Shown here piece by piece: positions 8,959-18,895 of a stretch of DNA of 64,000 nt (position 1 is its first letter; each line of letters opens with the position of its first letter). Origin of the DNA: Terriglobia bacterium (GTDB lineage: Bacteria > Acidobacteriota > Terriglobia > Versatilivoradales > Versatilivoraceae); assembly GCA_951813285.1 (NCBI GenBank), contig OX638355.1:2373136-2437135 (forward strand). Direction: 5' to 3'. Under the pieces are notes generated by a model. It was not told where the DNA came from, did no database searches, and saw only the letters and a program-made list of their open reading frames with translations. A program made the position numbers and the translations under genes.

Positions 8959-10445
8959 GAGCCTTTTGCAAAATTCGGAATCGGGCATGACATTGGGCTG
9001 GCAACAGTGATGTTCCGGCGGTGACAACCCAGCTGCAAAGACCCTTTTGAAGGAAAAAGCCCGAATCTGATGGCCGGATGGCCAGCGGTCGCCGGACGCA
9101 GGCACAGCTTACCCGCTCCCGGCCTTGAGGCGGGCGAACCTGCTGTGCGGTTGGGGGTGGCAACCCGGTTTTCAGAGCGTCAGGCGCATCAACTGATCCA
9201 CCGTCAGGGCCAGAATGCCGAACATCAGGTGGCACCTCACCTTGTCGGGGCCGCGAACCCTCACCTGCCTCCCGCCAAACTCCTCCTTGAGCCGTCCGTT
9301 GACCCGCTCCACCGTCGAGCGTTCCCGGTAGCGCCGCGCCTCGGGAGTCACTTGGCCGATACAGCGCCGGGCCAGTGCCTCCCGCTTCCGCTCGGCTTTC
9401 AAGGCAGCTCTTCGGCGGGGGTTGACGTCAATAATCGGCACATGCCCCAGCTTCTCACTGAAGGCCCGGATCTCCGGCGCATCGTAGGCGCTGTCCATCA
9501 AGTCGTAGAGACTCTCGACCCGCCTTGCCGTCAGCGTCGCCAGCGGGATGGCTGCCTGAGAGTCATGCACCGAGGCCGAGGTCAGCAGACAACTGACCGG
9601 AATCCCGCCGTCAATGGCGTCGAGGTGCAGCTTGTAGCCGGTCCAGCTCTCCTGATGCCCCTTGGCGTTGCGCTTGACGCCGATGTCGCAGGCCTTGGGC
9701 AACTCCTTCAACATTTCCTCCAGCGTCATCGACCCCTGCCGCTCCAGCCGGCTCAACCGCTTGGGCCGTCGTTCGCCCTTCGGCGGCCGGCCCCGCCGGC
9801 GCTTCCGCTTGGCCTCCGGGGCAGCCTTGGCCGCTGGCTTTTCCCGTCCCGCAATCGCCGTCGAGTCCCTCGACACATGCCCCGCCAAGTGGCCCTTCAG
9901 CGTCTCCTCCAGCAATGCCTCGTGCAAACGCCCCGGCAGGTCGCTCTCAGCGAATTCCGCAAAGGCCCGCGAGAAGGTCGACTCGCTCGGCACCTCCCAC
10001 GCCCTCTCCCAGCCGCACAGCCGCCGCAGCCTCCCCTCACTCCTCAGCCGCTCCACCAAACCCCGCGTGGTCTCCACCTCCAGCATCGACTTCGCCAGAT
10101 AGGCCCGCGCCAGCACTGCCCGATCCTCCAGCGGCCGGCCACGCCAGCCCCGACTGTAAGGCAGCAACTCCTCCACCCGCACCAACTCCAATACCTGCAC
10201 CAGCCGCTGGTAACGCTCTCCCAGAGGCCCCAAAACCTCCTCCAGCAGGGGAAACAGCTCTCGTTGAAACCGGAACCAGTGTCGTGATAGGGTTTCCCTA
10301 AGGGGCAAGTTCCACCTCCGTTCATCATGTGGTTCAGACACCTTCATGATACAACAGACAGTGGTCTTGCCCCTCCTTCCACCTGCCCTCCTTGATCTTT
10401 CCCCCCGTGAAAATTCCCGCTATCTGCGAATTTTGCAAAAGGCTC
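8959..10445 (-). mobile_element. IS5/IS1182-like insertion sequence
   Basis: Perfect 19-bp TIRs GAGCCTTTTGCAAAATTCG (8959-8977) / CGAATTTTGCAAAAGGCTC (10427-10445), 4-bp direct repeat GCTA. Confidence 0.9.
9172..10347 (-). CDS. DDE transposase (IS5/IS1182-like)
   Basis: LRRLCGW, PSESTFSRAF, SRDSTAI, GYKLHLD, LMDSAYD, YRERSTVERVNGRLKE. Confidence 0.9.
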   Translation of the reverse strand: MKVSEPHDERRWNLPLRETLSRHWFRFQRELFPLLEEVLGPLGERYQRLVQVLELVRVEELLPYSRGWRGRPLEDRAVLARAYLAKSMLEVETTRGLVERLRSEGRLRRLCGWERAWEVPSESTFSRAFAEFAESDLPGRLHEALLEETLKGHLAGHVSRDSTAIAGREKPAAKAAPEAKRKRRRGRPPKGERRPKRLSRLERQGSMTLEEMLKELPKACDIGVKRNAKGHQESWTGYKLHLDAIDGGIPVSCLLTSASVHDSQAAIPLATLTARRVESLYDLMDSAYDAPEIRAFSEKLGHVPIIDVNPRRRAALKAERKREALARRCIGQVTPEARRYRERSTVERVNGRLKEEFGGRQVRVRGPDKVRCHLMFGILALTVDQLMRLTL

Positions 10446-10977
10446 GCTAATTAGTCAATACGAGTTTTCATTAAGTATCGTACTGGAACAGCGCTAAGTC
10501 AACAGCCGCAAGACAGCTGTCGCTGGCGGCGCCACCGAGACCCTGTGCTCCTGCGGAACCTTGGCACCCGGGAAAACGACTGTACCAATGGCAAAACACG
10601 CACCCTGCAGAAGCAAGCCTTGCGCAAAGTTTTGGTTTACCGCCCTATCTTCGAACGGTACCAGGGGTGGGTAGCCCTGGGCGCCGCTTTCGGTATACTT
10701 CAGGGCTTGCTGAGCGCCAGCGCTAGTTTCGACTACGTCTCCGATTCAACAATGGCAAAAACCCACGCGGCCTTAACCCTTCCTGCTGGAGTCATTGGTT
10801 TTCTAGCGGCGCCGAAGATGGGCGAGATCTACCACGTGCCGCCAAGCACCGGTCGGGCGCAACGCTCCCCGGAGAAACGGAGGCAACGAGAGACCACACC
10901 GGTTCGGGGTCAGAGGACCACGTCGCCAGTAAGGAAACTGATCCGTCTTCAGCCATTCGGGAATACCGGTCACGGTC

Positions 10978-11006
10978 CCGTTCCCCGCAGACGCGGGGAT
11001 GAATCG
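10978..11006 (+). CRISPR. Solitary type I-E-like CRISPR repeat (not an array)
   Basis: CCGTTCCCCGCAGACGCGGGGATGAATCG, 29 nt, CCCCGC/GCGGGG stem; no neighbouring repeat ~61 nt away, no cas genes. Confidence 0.75.
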
Positions 11007-11037
11007 GAGCACAAAACAGGCTCTCCCCATGACGCTG

Positions 11038-11450
11038 GAATGATCGACGCTTTCTGCCTCTGGGGGTCAAGCAGATGCCGTCAGATGGGTGTCACTCTTT
11101 CAGAAGGGGGGGTGACATGGAAGGGTGACATGATTTTGACAACCACAACGCTTATCTCTCAGAGGGCGGAGCCCACGCCACTGTGGTCGGGACTTTCCCG
11201 AAATGCCGCATCAGACGCGGGACGACACGGATTCCTCGCGACCGTTGCGGAAAAGCAAAGCGAGGCTGCGCCTCGCGTGTCCCCCTCGCCCAGCGCAACG
11301 GCGCGCCGCACGAGAGGGGTGCTGGTGGTGAGAGCGACCCCCCCTTTTTGGCCGCTGGTGCGGCACGGGGGAGGGAAAAGGGTGACAGGGAAAACGACAC
11401 CCTTTCCCCCCCTTGCGGGGAGGTCGCTCTCACCACAGTGATCCCTGCGG
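11038..11450 (-). other. Conserved multi-hairpin non-coding module, copy B
   Basis: Reverse-complement homologue of 7020-7440; outer stem 11325-11339/11422-11436. Confidence 0.75.
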
Positions 11451-11467
11451 ACTTTATCTGCCATTGA

Positions 11468-11595
11468 TGTAACGCACTTTATACAAAGGACTTATGGATT
11501 TCAAGACGGTGTCCTGCCCCACATTATGCCCCTAGAAAAAAACGGATTCCCCTGGCTCTTCTTGGCCGTATAGGGAGTAACGGTTCGGTCAGGCA
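11468..11595 (+). repeat. att-arm-like repeat, copy 2
   Basis: TGTAAC..TTATA..GACTTA..CCCCACATTATGCCCCT..AACGGATTCCCCTGG..AGTAACGGTTCGGTCA aligns with 6186-6311. Confidence 0.55.
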
Positions 11596-12110
11596 GTGAT
11601 GGCTTGGACCCGGACGAGGTTGGAGGTGCCTGCAATCGCAGGCGATCCGCCGGTTCTGCTCGCTACGCCTCCCCCGGACGGCGGATAGACTCCACGGGTT
11701 GGCCGAACAGTTACTTGCGGACACCTCAGTTGAGTATCAACCCTGAGTCTCGGAGTCTGGATCCGTCAAGAGGATCCGCCAAGTGGATCCTGAGCCCGCC
11801 ATGCGATATCCATAGCCAATGCAGTGCCAGCGGTTCGGTCCATACTATTTTTGATCACCGGCCCTTCCTACCACCTACGGACCCGCGGCGCGCTACGGTC
11901 GCCTTATCGGTTCCCTTCGCGCCCCTAGGTCCCCCGTTTCTTCCTCTGGACATAGCGTGATCCTCCCGTCCGATAGCTTCTGCTATAGTTTTTCAAATCA
12001 CTGTCCGAAGAAATCGTGGGGCAGGGAAATCTTTCAAATACAATCTGGATATTCCATCAGTTAATGGAATATCTGTGCTTAAATGGGACCTCTCAAAACA
12101 TCTGTCTATT

Positions 12111-12158
12111 CTGACTCTTAATCAGCAGGTTCGGAGTTCGATTCCCTGGCGGCTCACT
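12111..12158 (+). pseudogene. 3' fragment of tRNA-Lys(CTT), att-site relic
   Basis: CTGACTCTTAATCAG anticodon arm, GTTCGATT T-loop, GGCGGCTCA acceptor 3' strand; no 5' half or D-arm, T-stem degenerate. Confidence 0.75.
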
Positions 12159-12189
12159 ACCATCCTTTAATGCGAACGGAGAGTCGTAT

Positions 12190-15100
12190 ATGAAATCTAT
12201 GTTTGTCCAGGCTGTCGGGCTCTTCGAGGCCGCTCGGACCGAGGCTGACGTGCGTGACAAACTGAAGCTACTCGAGCAGGCAGAAGCCGTCTTCCAGAAA
12301 ATCATTGATCGAAATCCGTCCGCCGACCGTACGGTCACCGAGAGTGAGGCCGCCCGATCAGCTTATGTCTCTGTCATCTCGCAAGCGCTTGTTATTGCAC
12401 AGACGATCATTGACGAGGGAGTGTTCGAGAAGAACGAGAAAGGTGTTCAGGTGCTGGTGGGTATTGCCGAGGCACAAGCACGGTCGGGAGACGACATTGG
12501 TTCTCAAGAGAGTCTCTCCAATGCACTCGCCGTAGCGCGAACCATCAGCAATGGACCCCGATTGCTGGCGGACATTGCAGAAGCGCAAGCACGGTCTGGC
12601 GACCGTGTCAGTGCTCTGGAGAACTTCGCCCAAGCGGTTGTGTTGGCGCAGGCAAGAGGAGAGAAAAGGGAGGAATTTTCGAAGGAATCAGGCATCAACG
12701 GAAGTTATAGAGAGGACTACGTCAACCAACTGGCTTACATTGCCGAGGCGCAGGCACGGTTGGGGGATCGCACTTGTGCCCAAGAGAGTTTCTCGAAGGC
12801 ATTCGGGGTGTTGCAAACGATCACTTCGGAGTCGGAACGGATCAAGCTGCTGGCTCAAATCACCGCGGCACAAAACCGAGCGCTGCTGCACGTCGGTGAA
12901 GAGGACGGCAATGTCCAGGCGGTCGTGGCGGCGCGAACGATCACCAACGAATGGCGGAAGGCCGCAATACTGGGTCCAATGTGGTTGAATCCGTTTAGTC
13001 GAGGTTCACAAAATGACGACATCGAGGCTAACAAACAAATCCTTGCATTGATGGGCGTGGCCGCAAAGCAACGAGCGCAGACCAGGGACATAATGGAGGC
13101 GCTTGAGCGAATGAGTGCCGACAAATGGGAACGGGTCCGGGTGCTTGGGGCCATTGGCGAGGGACAAGCTCGGGCGGGGAACCACACTGCCGCCAAAGAG
13201 AGCTTTTCCCAAGCATATACAGTCGCACGAAGGCTCACGCATAGAGGGTGGTTATGGTTCCTGACGATCGGCGTCTTCCTGGCGAAGTTGATGATCATCA
13301 AGATACTCCGATACGAAGGGTGGGAGGCTCGAACGTTAGCGGAAATTTCTGAGGTTCAAGCCCAGTCACTGGTTCGCCTTGTCGGCGCAGAAGCCGAGTC
13401 CGGTGACATTCCACGTATGCCAGCTGTCGAGCAAACGATTAGACACGACAGAGGGTGGCGTGCCTGTGCGATAACTCGCAACCTGCAGAGTATGGTTGTT
13501 GGCTCCAAGGAGTTCTCCGACAGAGAGGGGAAAGCCGGGGCAATGGCCGATCTATCTTTAGCGCAGGTTCGGGCGGGGGATCTGTCGGGCGCACAAGAAA
13601 CCATTACCTATGCGCTGAAGCTGGCACGAAGGATTCGTAACGAAGGCAAGCGGGCCTGGGTTCTCGGCCGAATCGCCGAGGGACAGGCTCGGGCGGGGGA
13701 TCTGTCGGGAGCACGAGACACCACCCAGCAAGCGCTGGCCCTTGCGCAGCTGATAAGCATTCAGAAACTACGGGCGGGTATGTTCGTCGTTATCATCAAG
13801 GCGCGTATTGAGGCGGGGGATTTTGAGCAGGCGGTCGAGATTGCTTCAACAATCGATGATCAAGACATGCGGGATGGGGCGCTGGCGGAAGTCGCCAAGA
13901 CACAAGCCGAGACTGGGGATATCGCACAGGCACTTGAGGTCGCCCGTACGATTGACAGTGAAGATGTTCGGGATGGCGTGTTGGCTGAAATCGCCAAGGT
14001 ACAAGCCCAAGCCGGTGCCATTGCGCAGGCGTTTACACTTACGAAGACAATCACCGACAAGGAACAAAAGATCCGAGGTCTGTCGGCCGTTGCTGAGGAA
14101 TTGGCCAAGTTGGATAACACTACGGACCTAAGGGAACTCACCCAACCACTTGCCGCCAAGGAGCAGCAGGTTGGGAGGCTAGCCATTTTGGCAACTGGTC
14201 TCGCGGCTGCTTGGTCGACTTATGAGTGTGTCATCGACCAGGCGCTCACGCTAGTGCTTAAAGGGCTTGAGTCAAGTTTCCATGCAAAGGATTACGTCAC
14301 ATGCTTGGTCGATATCGCCAAGCTCCAGGCCCAAGCGGGCGACTTCACCGGAGCTCGGAAGAGTTTCTCCCAAGCATTCACTGCGGCGCAGGCTCTCCCC
14401 GAAGAGGACCACTATGAAGGATGGAGTCGCCGTGGACTGCTCTGCGACATCGCCAAAGAACAGGCCGGTGCCGGAAACGTAGAGCAGGCCCTGGCGCTGG
14501 TGCAGATGGTCACCCCTCAAGAGGAACGAGTCAGACCGATGATCGACATCGCCAAGGAGCAAGCCGAGGCAGGGGATCGCACAGGTGCTCAAGAGACTCT
14601 TTCGCAAGCGCAAGAGCTCGCCCAAACGATCACCCACCAACGGTACCGGGACTGGGTACTGGCCAATGTTGCCGAGACGCAAGCCGCGACAGGGGGCATT
14701 GCACAGTCGCAGACGGTCGGCCGAACGATCACCGACGAAAACAGTCGGAACCGCGTGCTGGCAAATGTCGCTGTAGCCCAAGCCAAGGCTCAAGTCCGGA
14801 AGGGTGACCGCGCCGGTGCCCGGGAGATCTTCTCGCAAGTGGTCGCGGAAGCGCAGAAGCTCCCAGAGATGGACGATTATGGGAAGAGTCGCTACGAGGT
14901 GCTCGGCGACATCGCCAAAGAACAGGCCCGCACCGGGGACGTAGAACAGGCCCTGGCAGTGGCGCAGACGATCACCATTGTAAACAGAAGGGACTGGGTA
15001 CTGGCCGACATTGCCGAGACGCAAGCCGCGACAGGGGGCATTGCGCAAGCGCAGACGGTCGGCCGAACGATCACCGACGAAAACAGTCGGAACCGCGTGC

Positions 15101-15735
15101 GGGTAAATGTCGCTGTAGCCCAAGCCAAGGCTCAAGCCCGGAAGGGTGACCGCGCCGGTGCCCAGGAGATCTTCTCGCAAGCGGTCGCGGAAGCGCAGAA
15201 GCTCCCAGAGTTGGATATTGGAGTAGGGGCTCGCAATGGTGCATTGGCCGACATTGCCAACGCGCAAGCCGAGACGGGGGGCGTTGAGCTGGCGGTCGAT
15301 GTCGCACAGACGATTACCGACAAGGAATTCGGCGAGTGCGTATTGGCTGACATTGCCAACGCGCAAGCTAGAACAGGGGGTATTGCACGAGCGCAGAAGG
15401 TTGCGCAGATGATCACCGACGAAGACAGTCGAAACTGGGTGCTGGCGAACATCGCTGTGGCCGAAGCTAAGGGATACGCACAGACAGGAGATCGCACCAG
15501 GGCTCGAAGGAGTGTCTCCCAAGCGGTCACACTGGCAGAGAGAGTCGCCGATAGGGTGGTCCAGGACTCACTACGGGCGAGAATCGCCCAGGCGCAAGCG
15601 GAAACAAGAGACTTTGCACATGCGTTCGCGCTCGCACAGATGATAGACAGCGATAGGACAAAATCCTTTGTGCTGGCGGCTATTGCCAAGGAACAACTAA
15701 TAAACTCAGGACTGCAAGTCAGGACTGCAAGTTAG
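12190..15735 (+). CDS. Large TPR-like helical repeat protein
   Basis: Many LADIAxAQAxxGDxxxAxxxxxxAxxxAxTI repeats; 342-bp internal duplication. Confidence 0.85.
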   Translation: MKSMFVQAVGLFEAARTEADVRDKLKLLEQAEAVFQKIIDRNPSADRTVTESEAARSAYVSVISQALVIAQTIIDEGVFEKNEKGVQVLVGIAEAQARSGDDIGSQESLSNALAVARTISNGPRLLADIAEAQARSGDRVSALENFAQAVVLAQARGEKREEFSKESGINGSYREDYVNQLAYIAEAQARLGDRTCAQESFSKAFGVLQTITSESERIKLLAQITAAQNRALLHVGEEDGNVQAVVAARTITNEWRKAAILGPMWLNPFSRGSQNDDIEANKQILALMGVAAKQRAQTRDIMEALERMSADKWERVRVLGAIGEGQARAGNHTAAKESFSQAYTVARRLTHRGWLWFLTIGVFLAKLMIIKILRYEGWEARTLAEISEVQAQSLVRLVGAEAESGDIPRMPAVEQTIRHDRGWRACAITRNLQSMVVGSKEFSDREGKAGAMADLSLAQVRAGDLSGAQETITYALKLARRIRNEGKRAWVLGRIAEGQARAGDLSGARDTTQQALALAQLISIQKLRAGMFVVIIKARIEAGDFEQAVEIASTIDDQDMRDGALAEVAKTQAETGDIAQALEVARTIDSEDVRDGVLAEIAKVQAQAGAIAQAFTLTKTITDKEQKIRGLSAVAEELAKLDNTTDLRELTQPLAAKEQQVGRLAILATGLAAAWSTYECVIDQALTLVLKGLESSFHAKDYVTCLVDIAKLQAQAGDFTGARKSFSQAFTAAQALPEEDHYEGWSRRGLLCDIAKEQAGAGNVEQALALVQMVTPQEERVRPMIDIAKEQAEAGDRTGAQETLSQAQELAQTITHQRYRDWVLANVAETQAATGGIAQSQTVGRTITDENSRNRVLANVAVAQAKAQVRKGDRAGAREIFSQVVAEAQKLPEMDDYGKSRYEVLGDIAKEQARTGDVEQALAVAQTITIVNRRDWVLADIAETQAATGGIAQAQTVGRTITDENSRNRVRVNVAVAQAKAQARKGDRAGAQEIFSQAVAEAQKLPELDIGVGARNGALADIANAQAETGGVELAVDVAQTITDKEFGECVLADIANAQARTGGIARAQKVAQMITDEDSRNWVLANIAVAEAKGYAQTGDRTRARRSVSQAVTLAERVADRVVQDSLRARIAQAQAETRDFAHAFALAQMIDSDRTKSFVLAAIAKEQLINSGLQVRTAS

Positions 15736-15888
15736 GTAAGCAAGGCTGCGACAACGAGCGGCTGTCAATCATTTGGGTTCGTAGTGCTGGATATTAACCT
15801 CATTTCCCAAGGGCACGCATGTGTAAAGCATTGAATCAAGTCTAGCAGGGCGACCTCTCCAGGGGCCGGCCAGGGCAAGAGGCAGGTC

Positions 15889-16098
15889 ATGCTGCTCGGG
15901 AAATTTAGGCGTTCGTTGAAAAGCAGAAACGACTCGCAAATCTGGATTGCAAACGCACGAGACCGCCAGCACATTCTGAAAATCTTAAAAGCTGTTCCGA
16001 AAAACTTCGAGCGAACAGATCCCCCTTATGCTGTTGTAGCGGCAGACGGTACAGTAGTAACCATTGGATATTGGACGCGAAAAATTCACCGTCGTTGA
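15889..16098 (+). pseudogene. Possible DUF4258/RelE-like remnant
   Basis: C-terminal VVAADGTVVTIGY..RKI.R pattern; N-terminus appears disrupted. Confidence 0.3.
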
Positions 16099-16496
16099 AA
16101 GGAGCCAGCGGTTATGTGTGGCAATGCCTATCCAACGGAGCGAGGCCGGAATTGACCCGTGCTCATTGACCGAGTTTTCGGGTGCGGACCAAGAGGTGGT
16201 CGGCGGGCTGCTGGACGACCTCGGTGCCGGTCGCGGATCAGGATTTGCCGCTTCTGTCCCGGACGGTGATGGTGAGGCCAGCGAGGTTCTAAGCCAAGGC
16301 ATTGGGATTGGTACCTGCATGGAAGCGTGCCCAGAAGCCATCGCGGAAGCGCGCAGACCTCAAGCCTTCGAGGGGAGCAGATGCTGGCAGTGGGGTGGCG
16401 GCGATGGCCTTGGATCTGCACTTCCTGGACCGTCCTGGTGGAGGCTTGAGTTCTGGGTAGCGGGCGACAAAGGGGAACCTCCCAGGAAGTGACCTT

Positions 16497-16650
16497 CCTC
16501 CGGCGAGCCATCGGTGATGCCGATCGGGACACCGTCGAACGCCATGGCGCGGCCTTGATCCAGTAACGGGGAAGACCCTCCAGTCGGAGGTGGAAAGGGT
16601 GGCCTCGGCCGTGGCAGGATTGATCGACGATTTCCGCCTCTGGAGGTCAG
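16497..16650 (-). repeat. Partial module, copy C
   Basis: TCGGTGATGCCGATCGGGACACCGTCGAACGCCATGGCG and TGATCGACGATTTCCGCCTCTGGAGGTCA match the reverse complement of 7408-7555. Confidence 0.75.
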
Positions 16651-16726
16651 GGCGGTGTAGAAAGACCAACGCGCCGCCCGCAACCATGGCGACCAGTCCA
16701 CACCCCTTCGACCACCCTCCGAGGGT

Positions 16727-17500
16727 GTGATAGCATCCTTGACCATGACAAACGACAGCGCCCTGTTTCCGGTCGTCTCCGAAAGATGGGGCTTCGGCAT
16801 GTCGCCTCCAAAGCCAGCAGTCCAAGAGAGTCGCCGCGCCGCGTCTGAGTGTACTCTACGGATCTTGGAACACAAGAGTACGGCACCCAACGTTGATCCT
16901 CTAGTGATGGAATCCCTGAGTGTAGTCAAGGGCTTGTTCAATAGGATCGTGCGAGAGGATCAGTGGGATTGGTTTACCGTTGCCGGCCAACTCGGATATC
17001 CGTCTCGACGGATATCGCGCGTTATCGCTCAGGAGCTTTCTCATCTCCGTACTGCCATCAAATTGGGACACAAGACGACATACGAGACAACGAAAACCAA
17101 CCTACGTCGTCTTCCAAGCCGGCGTTGTCTCTCTGTACTTCTCGGAACAGCTAAGATAGTGGATGAACCTGGTGCTGGTTGGATCTACATTCTGTCGACG
17201 CGCGAAATGCGGAACCTCTTGAAAGTTGGGATGACAACTCGTTCAGTAGAGGAACGGGTCAAGGAGATCAACGCTGCAACAGGCGTAGCGATACCGTTTG
17301 GCGTAAGGCGATGCTGGAGGGTGTCCGACCCTTCTCTTGCGGAAGGGCTGGTCCACGACGCCCTGAGGGAGCATCGGCTGCGACAGGACCGAGAGTTCTT
17401 TCAAGTGTCATTCAAATACGCAGGCAAAGTCGTAGACGCTGTGATTCGCGAGAGTTCGCAGGAAATACGGACACTCGACGCCTTGGCCGGATTGGCATAG
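16727..17500 (+). CDS. GIY-YIG (T5orf172-type) nuclease domain protein
   Basis: GWIYIL..LLKVGMTTRSVEERVKEIN.ATGV..PF..AEGLVHDAL..REFF; start uncertain. Confidence 0.85.
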   Translation: MIASLTMTNDSALFPVVSERWGFGMSPPKPAVQESRRAASECTLRILEHKSTAPNVDPLVMESLSVVKGLFNRIVREDQWDWFTVAGQLGYPSRRISRVIAQELSHLRTAIKLGHKTTYETTKTNLRRLPSRRCLSVLLGTAKIVDEPGAGWIYILSTREMRNLLKVGMTTRSVEERVKEINAATGVAIPFGVRRCWRVSDPSLAEGLVHDALREHRLRQDREFFQVSFKYAGKVVDAVIRESSQEIRTLDALAGLA

Positions 17501-17654
17501 AGAATTAAGAGTGCAGGTTGGAACGAATACTTACTTATGTCGTCGCTTGTCTCGACAGCGAACACTACGACCGTTGGGCGTTGCTTGGCGATGAGGTCTT
17601 GACGTGACTGTTCAAAATTAAAAGGCACGGACGGGGTCTGCCGGCTGTGCCGTC

Positions 17655-18275
17655 CTAGTAAACGATAAGGCCGCGCGCGCCGCGTGAGAAGTGCGTTGTC
17701 ATATCCCAGAATCTGCCAAAGGTGTCTAGCTCCGAATAGGTCACTCCGTCCATACCGGGAAAACTGTTTGTTGCGAATTGACCCATTTGGATAAGTGGCG
17801 CTTCAACGGGGTCAGAAAGAATAGTCACGCTTTGGGGAAGAACATAGGCATTGTGCTGGCGATTTCGCCGGATTGTGCCGTCCTTCTTTGTCGGCGCGGG
17901 CAGTGTAGGTAGGCCTGAGACGTCGAGGAGCCAGGTCTCTTTCAATAGATTCGTGGATCTCCTCAGTTCCTGCGTATTACCAACTAGGGGAAAGGCATAA
18001 AACACTGAGCGCATTGCACCTCCTGCTAGGCCGCGCAAGGCGAGCAGTTGGTCATGGTCTAGCTGGAACTTGCGCTCTCCGCTCCGGAGACGATGGTTCG
18101 ATGCTTTAAACTGAAAAAGGAGAAGCCTACCGCCGAGCTTCGCACAGGTATCGAATCCCATGCGTGCTTCCTGACGCTGTGTTAGCCCAAACCAGATCAA
18201 ACGCGCACGTGGAAACACGGCGGTGTGCACCTGCGCGCAGATATTGAGTTCAAGTGTCTTTTCCGAAAGCTTCAT
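17655..18275 (-). CDS. Hypothetical protein, PD-(D/E)XK-like nuclease fold
   Basis: SEKTLE helix, GLTQRQEARMGFD and LLLFQFK arranged as E...D...QxK. Confidence 0.6.
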   Translation of the reverse strand: MKLSEKTLELNICAQVHTAVFPRARLIWFGLTQRQEARMGFDTCAKLGGRLLLFQFKASNHRLRSGERKFQLDHDQLLALRGLAGGAMRSVFYAFPLVGNTQELRRSTNLLKETWLLDVSGLPTLPAPTKKDGTIRRNRQHNAYVLPQSVTILSDPVEAPLIQMGQFATNSFPGMDGVTYSELDTFGRFWDMTTHFSRGARGLIVY

Positions 18276-18472
18276 TCCCTAGACCCGCGATTCTGCTCCA
18301 CCCAGCTTACCGCTGCGATCTGCTGTTTCATCGCTCTAGCTGTGTTGTTCGCGCTTTGTGTAGGCTGGATTGATCCTTCCTTGCCTGCCTCGCTTGTTTC
18401 GATTGTCGTTGCCAGAACGTCCTCCTTCTCCACCTGGTTCCGCTTGGGGATGTCGTCTGTCATATGGCGCAC
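18272..18472 (-). CDS. Small hypothetical protein
   Basis: ATGA overlap with the downstream gene; no recognisable motif. Confidence 0.3.
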   Translation of the reverse strand: MRHMTDDIPKRNQVEKEDVLATTIETSEAGKEGSIQPTQSANNTARAMKQQIAAVSWVEQNRGSRE

Positions 18473-18514
18473 GCTAACGGCTTTTTTTTATCAGGACGGC
18501 GTCCCGCGCTTCAC

Positions 18515-18895
18515 CTAGCTGTTCAAGTGAATACGGAAATAGGTCATACTCCGAATCGGTATGCCATCCTTCTCGTACCTTCCGAACGACCACCTGTCGG
18601 AATGATTCATCGCCGCCTCCCAGACGAACAACCCGAAGCAGAGCCCGGCAGCGACCGTGTCGTACTGGCATGCGTTTGCGTAGACCGGCTCCCAGACCGT
18701 ACCCGTCCAGTCACTCCCCGGCATCCAGCCAGCCGTGTGAATTTCGTCACCCGCTATCATGCGTTGAAGCTCGATACGGATCGTCCGCAACTGGATAGGA
18801 GAAAGTCGCGAACACCATGCGTCAAACTCGGACTGATGGGGGATGTGTGTGATCTTGTGGTGTTCGCCGTGATTGTCGATCGAATAGAGTGCCAT
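18515..18895 (-). CDS. Hypothetical protein (126 aa, Trp/Gly-rich motifs)
   Basis: Clean ORF with globular composition: GWMPGSDWTGT..YANAC..FGLFVW..MTYF. Confidence 0.7.
   Translation of the reverse strand: MALYSIDNHGEHHKITHIPHQSEFDAWCSRLSPIQLRTIRIELQRMIAGDEIHTAGWMPGSDWTGTVWEPVYANACQYDTVAAGLCFGLFVWEAAMNHSDRWSFGRYEKDGIPIRSMTYFRIHLNS

Noticed and set aside
10900..11070. CRISPR array around the solitary repeats (also 19300-19460)
   Set aside because: No second repeat at ~61-nt spacing, no leader and no cas genes; the ORFs containing HPRVCGE or RFIPASAGN are shadow translations of the repeat
10545..11441. 298-aa ORF as a real gene
   Set aside because: Reads through the CRISPR repeat and hairpin module; only the first hydrophobic third could be a gene remnant
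12085..12165. Intact tRNA-Lys gene
   Set aside because: No acceptor 5' strand or D-arm; T-stem mispaired
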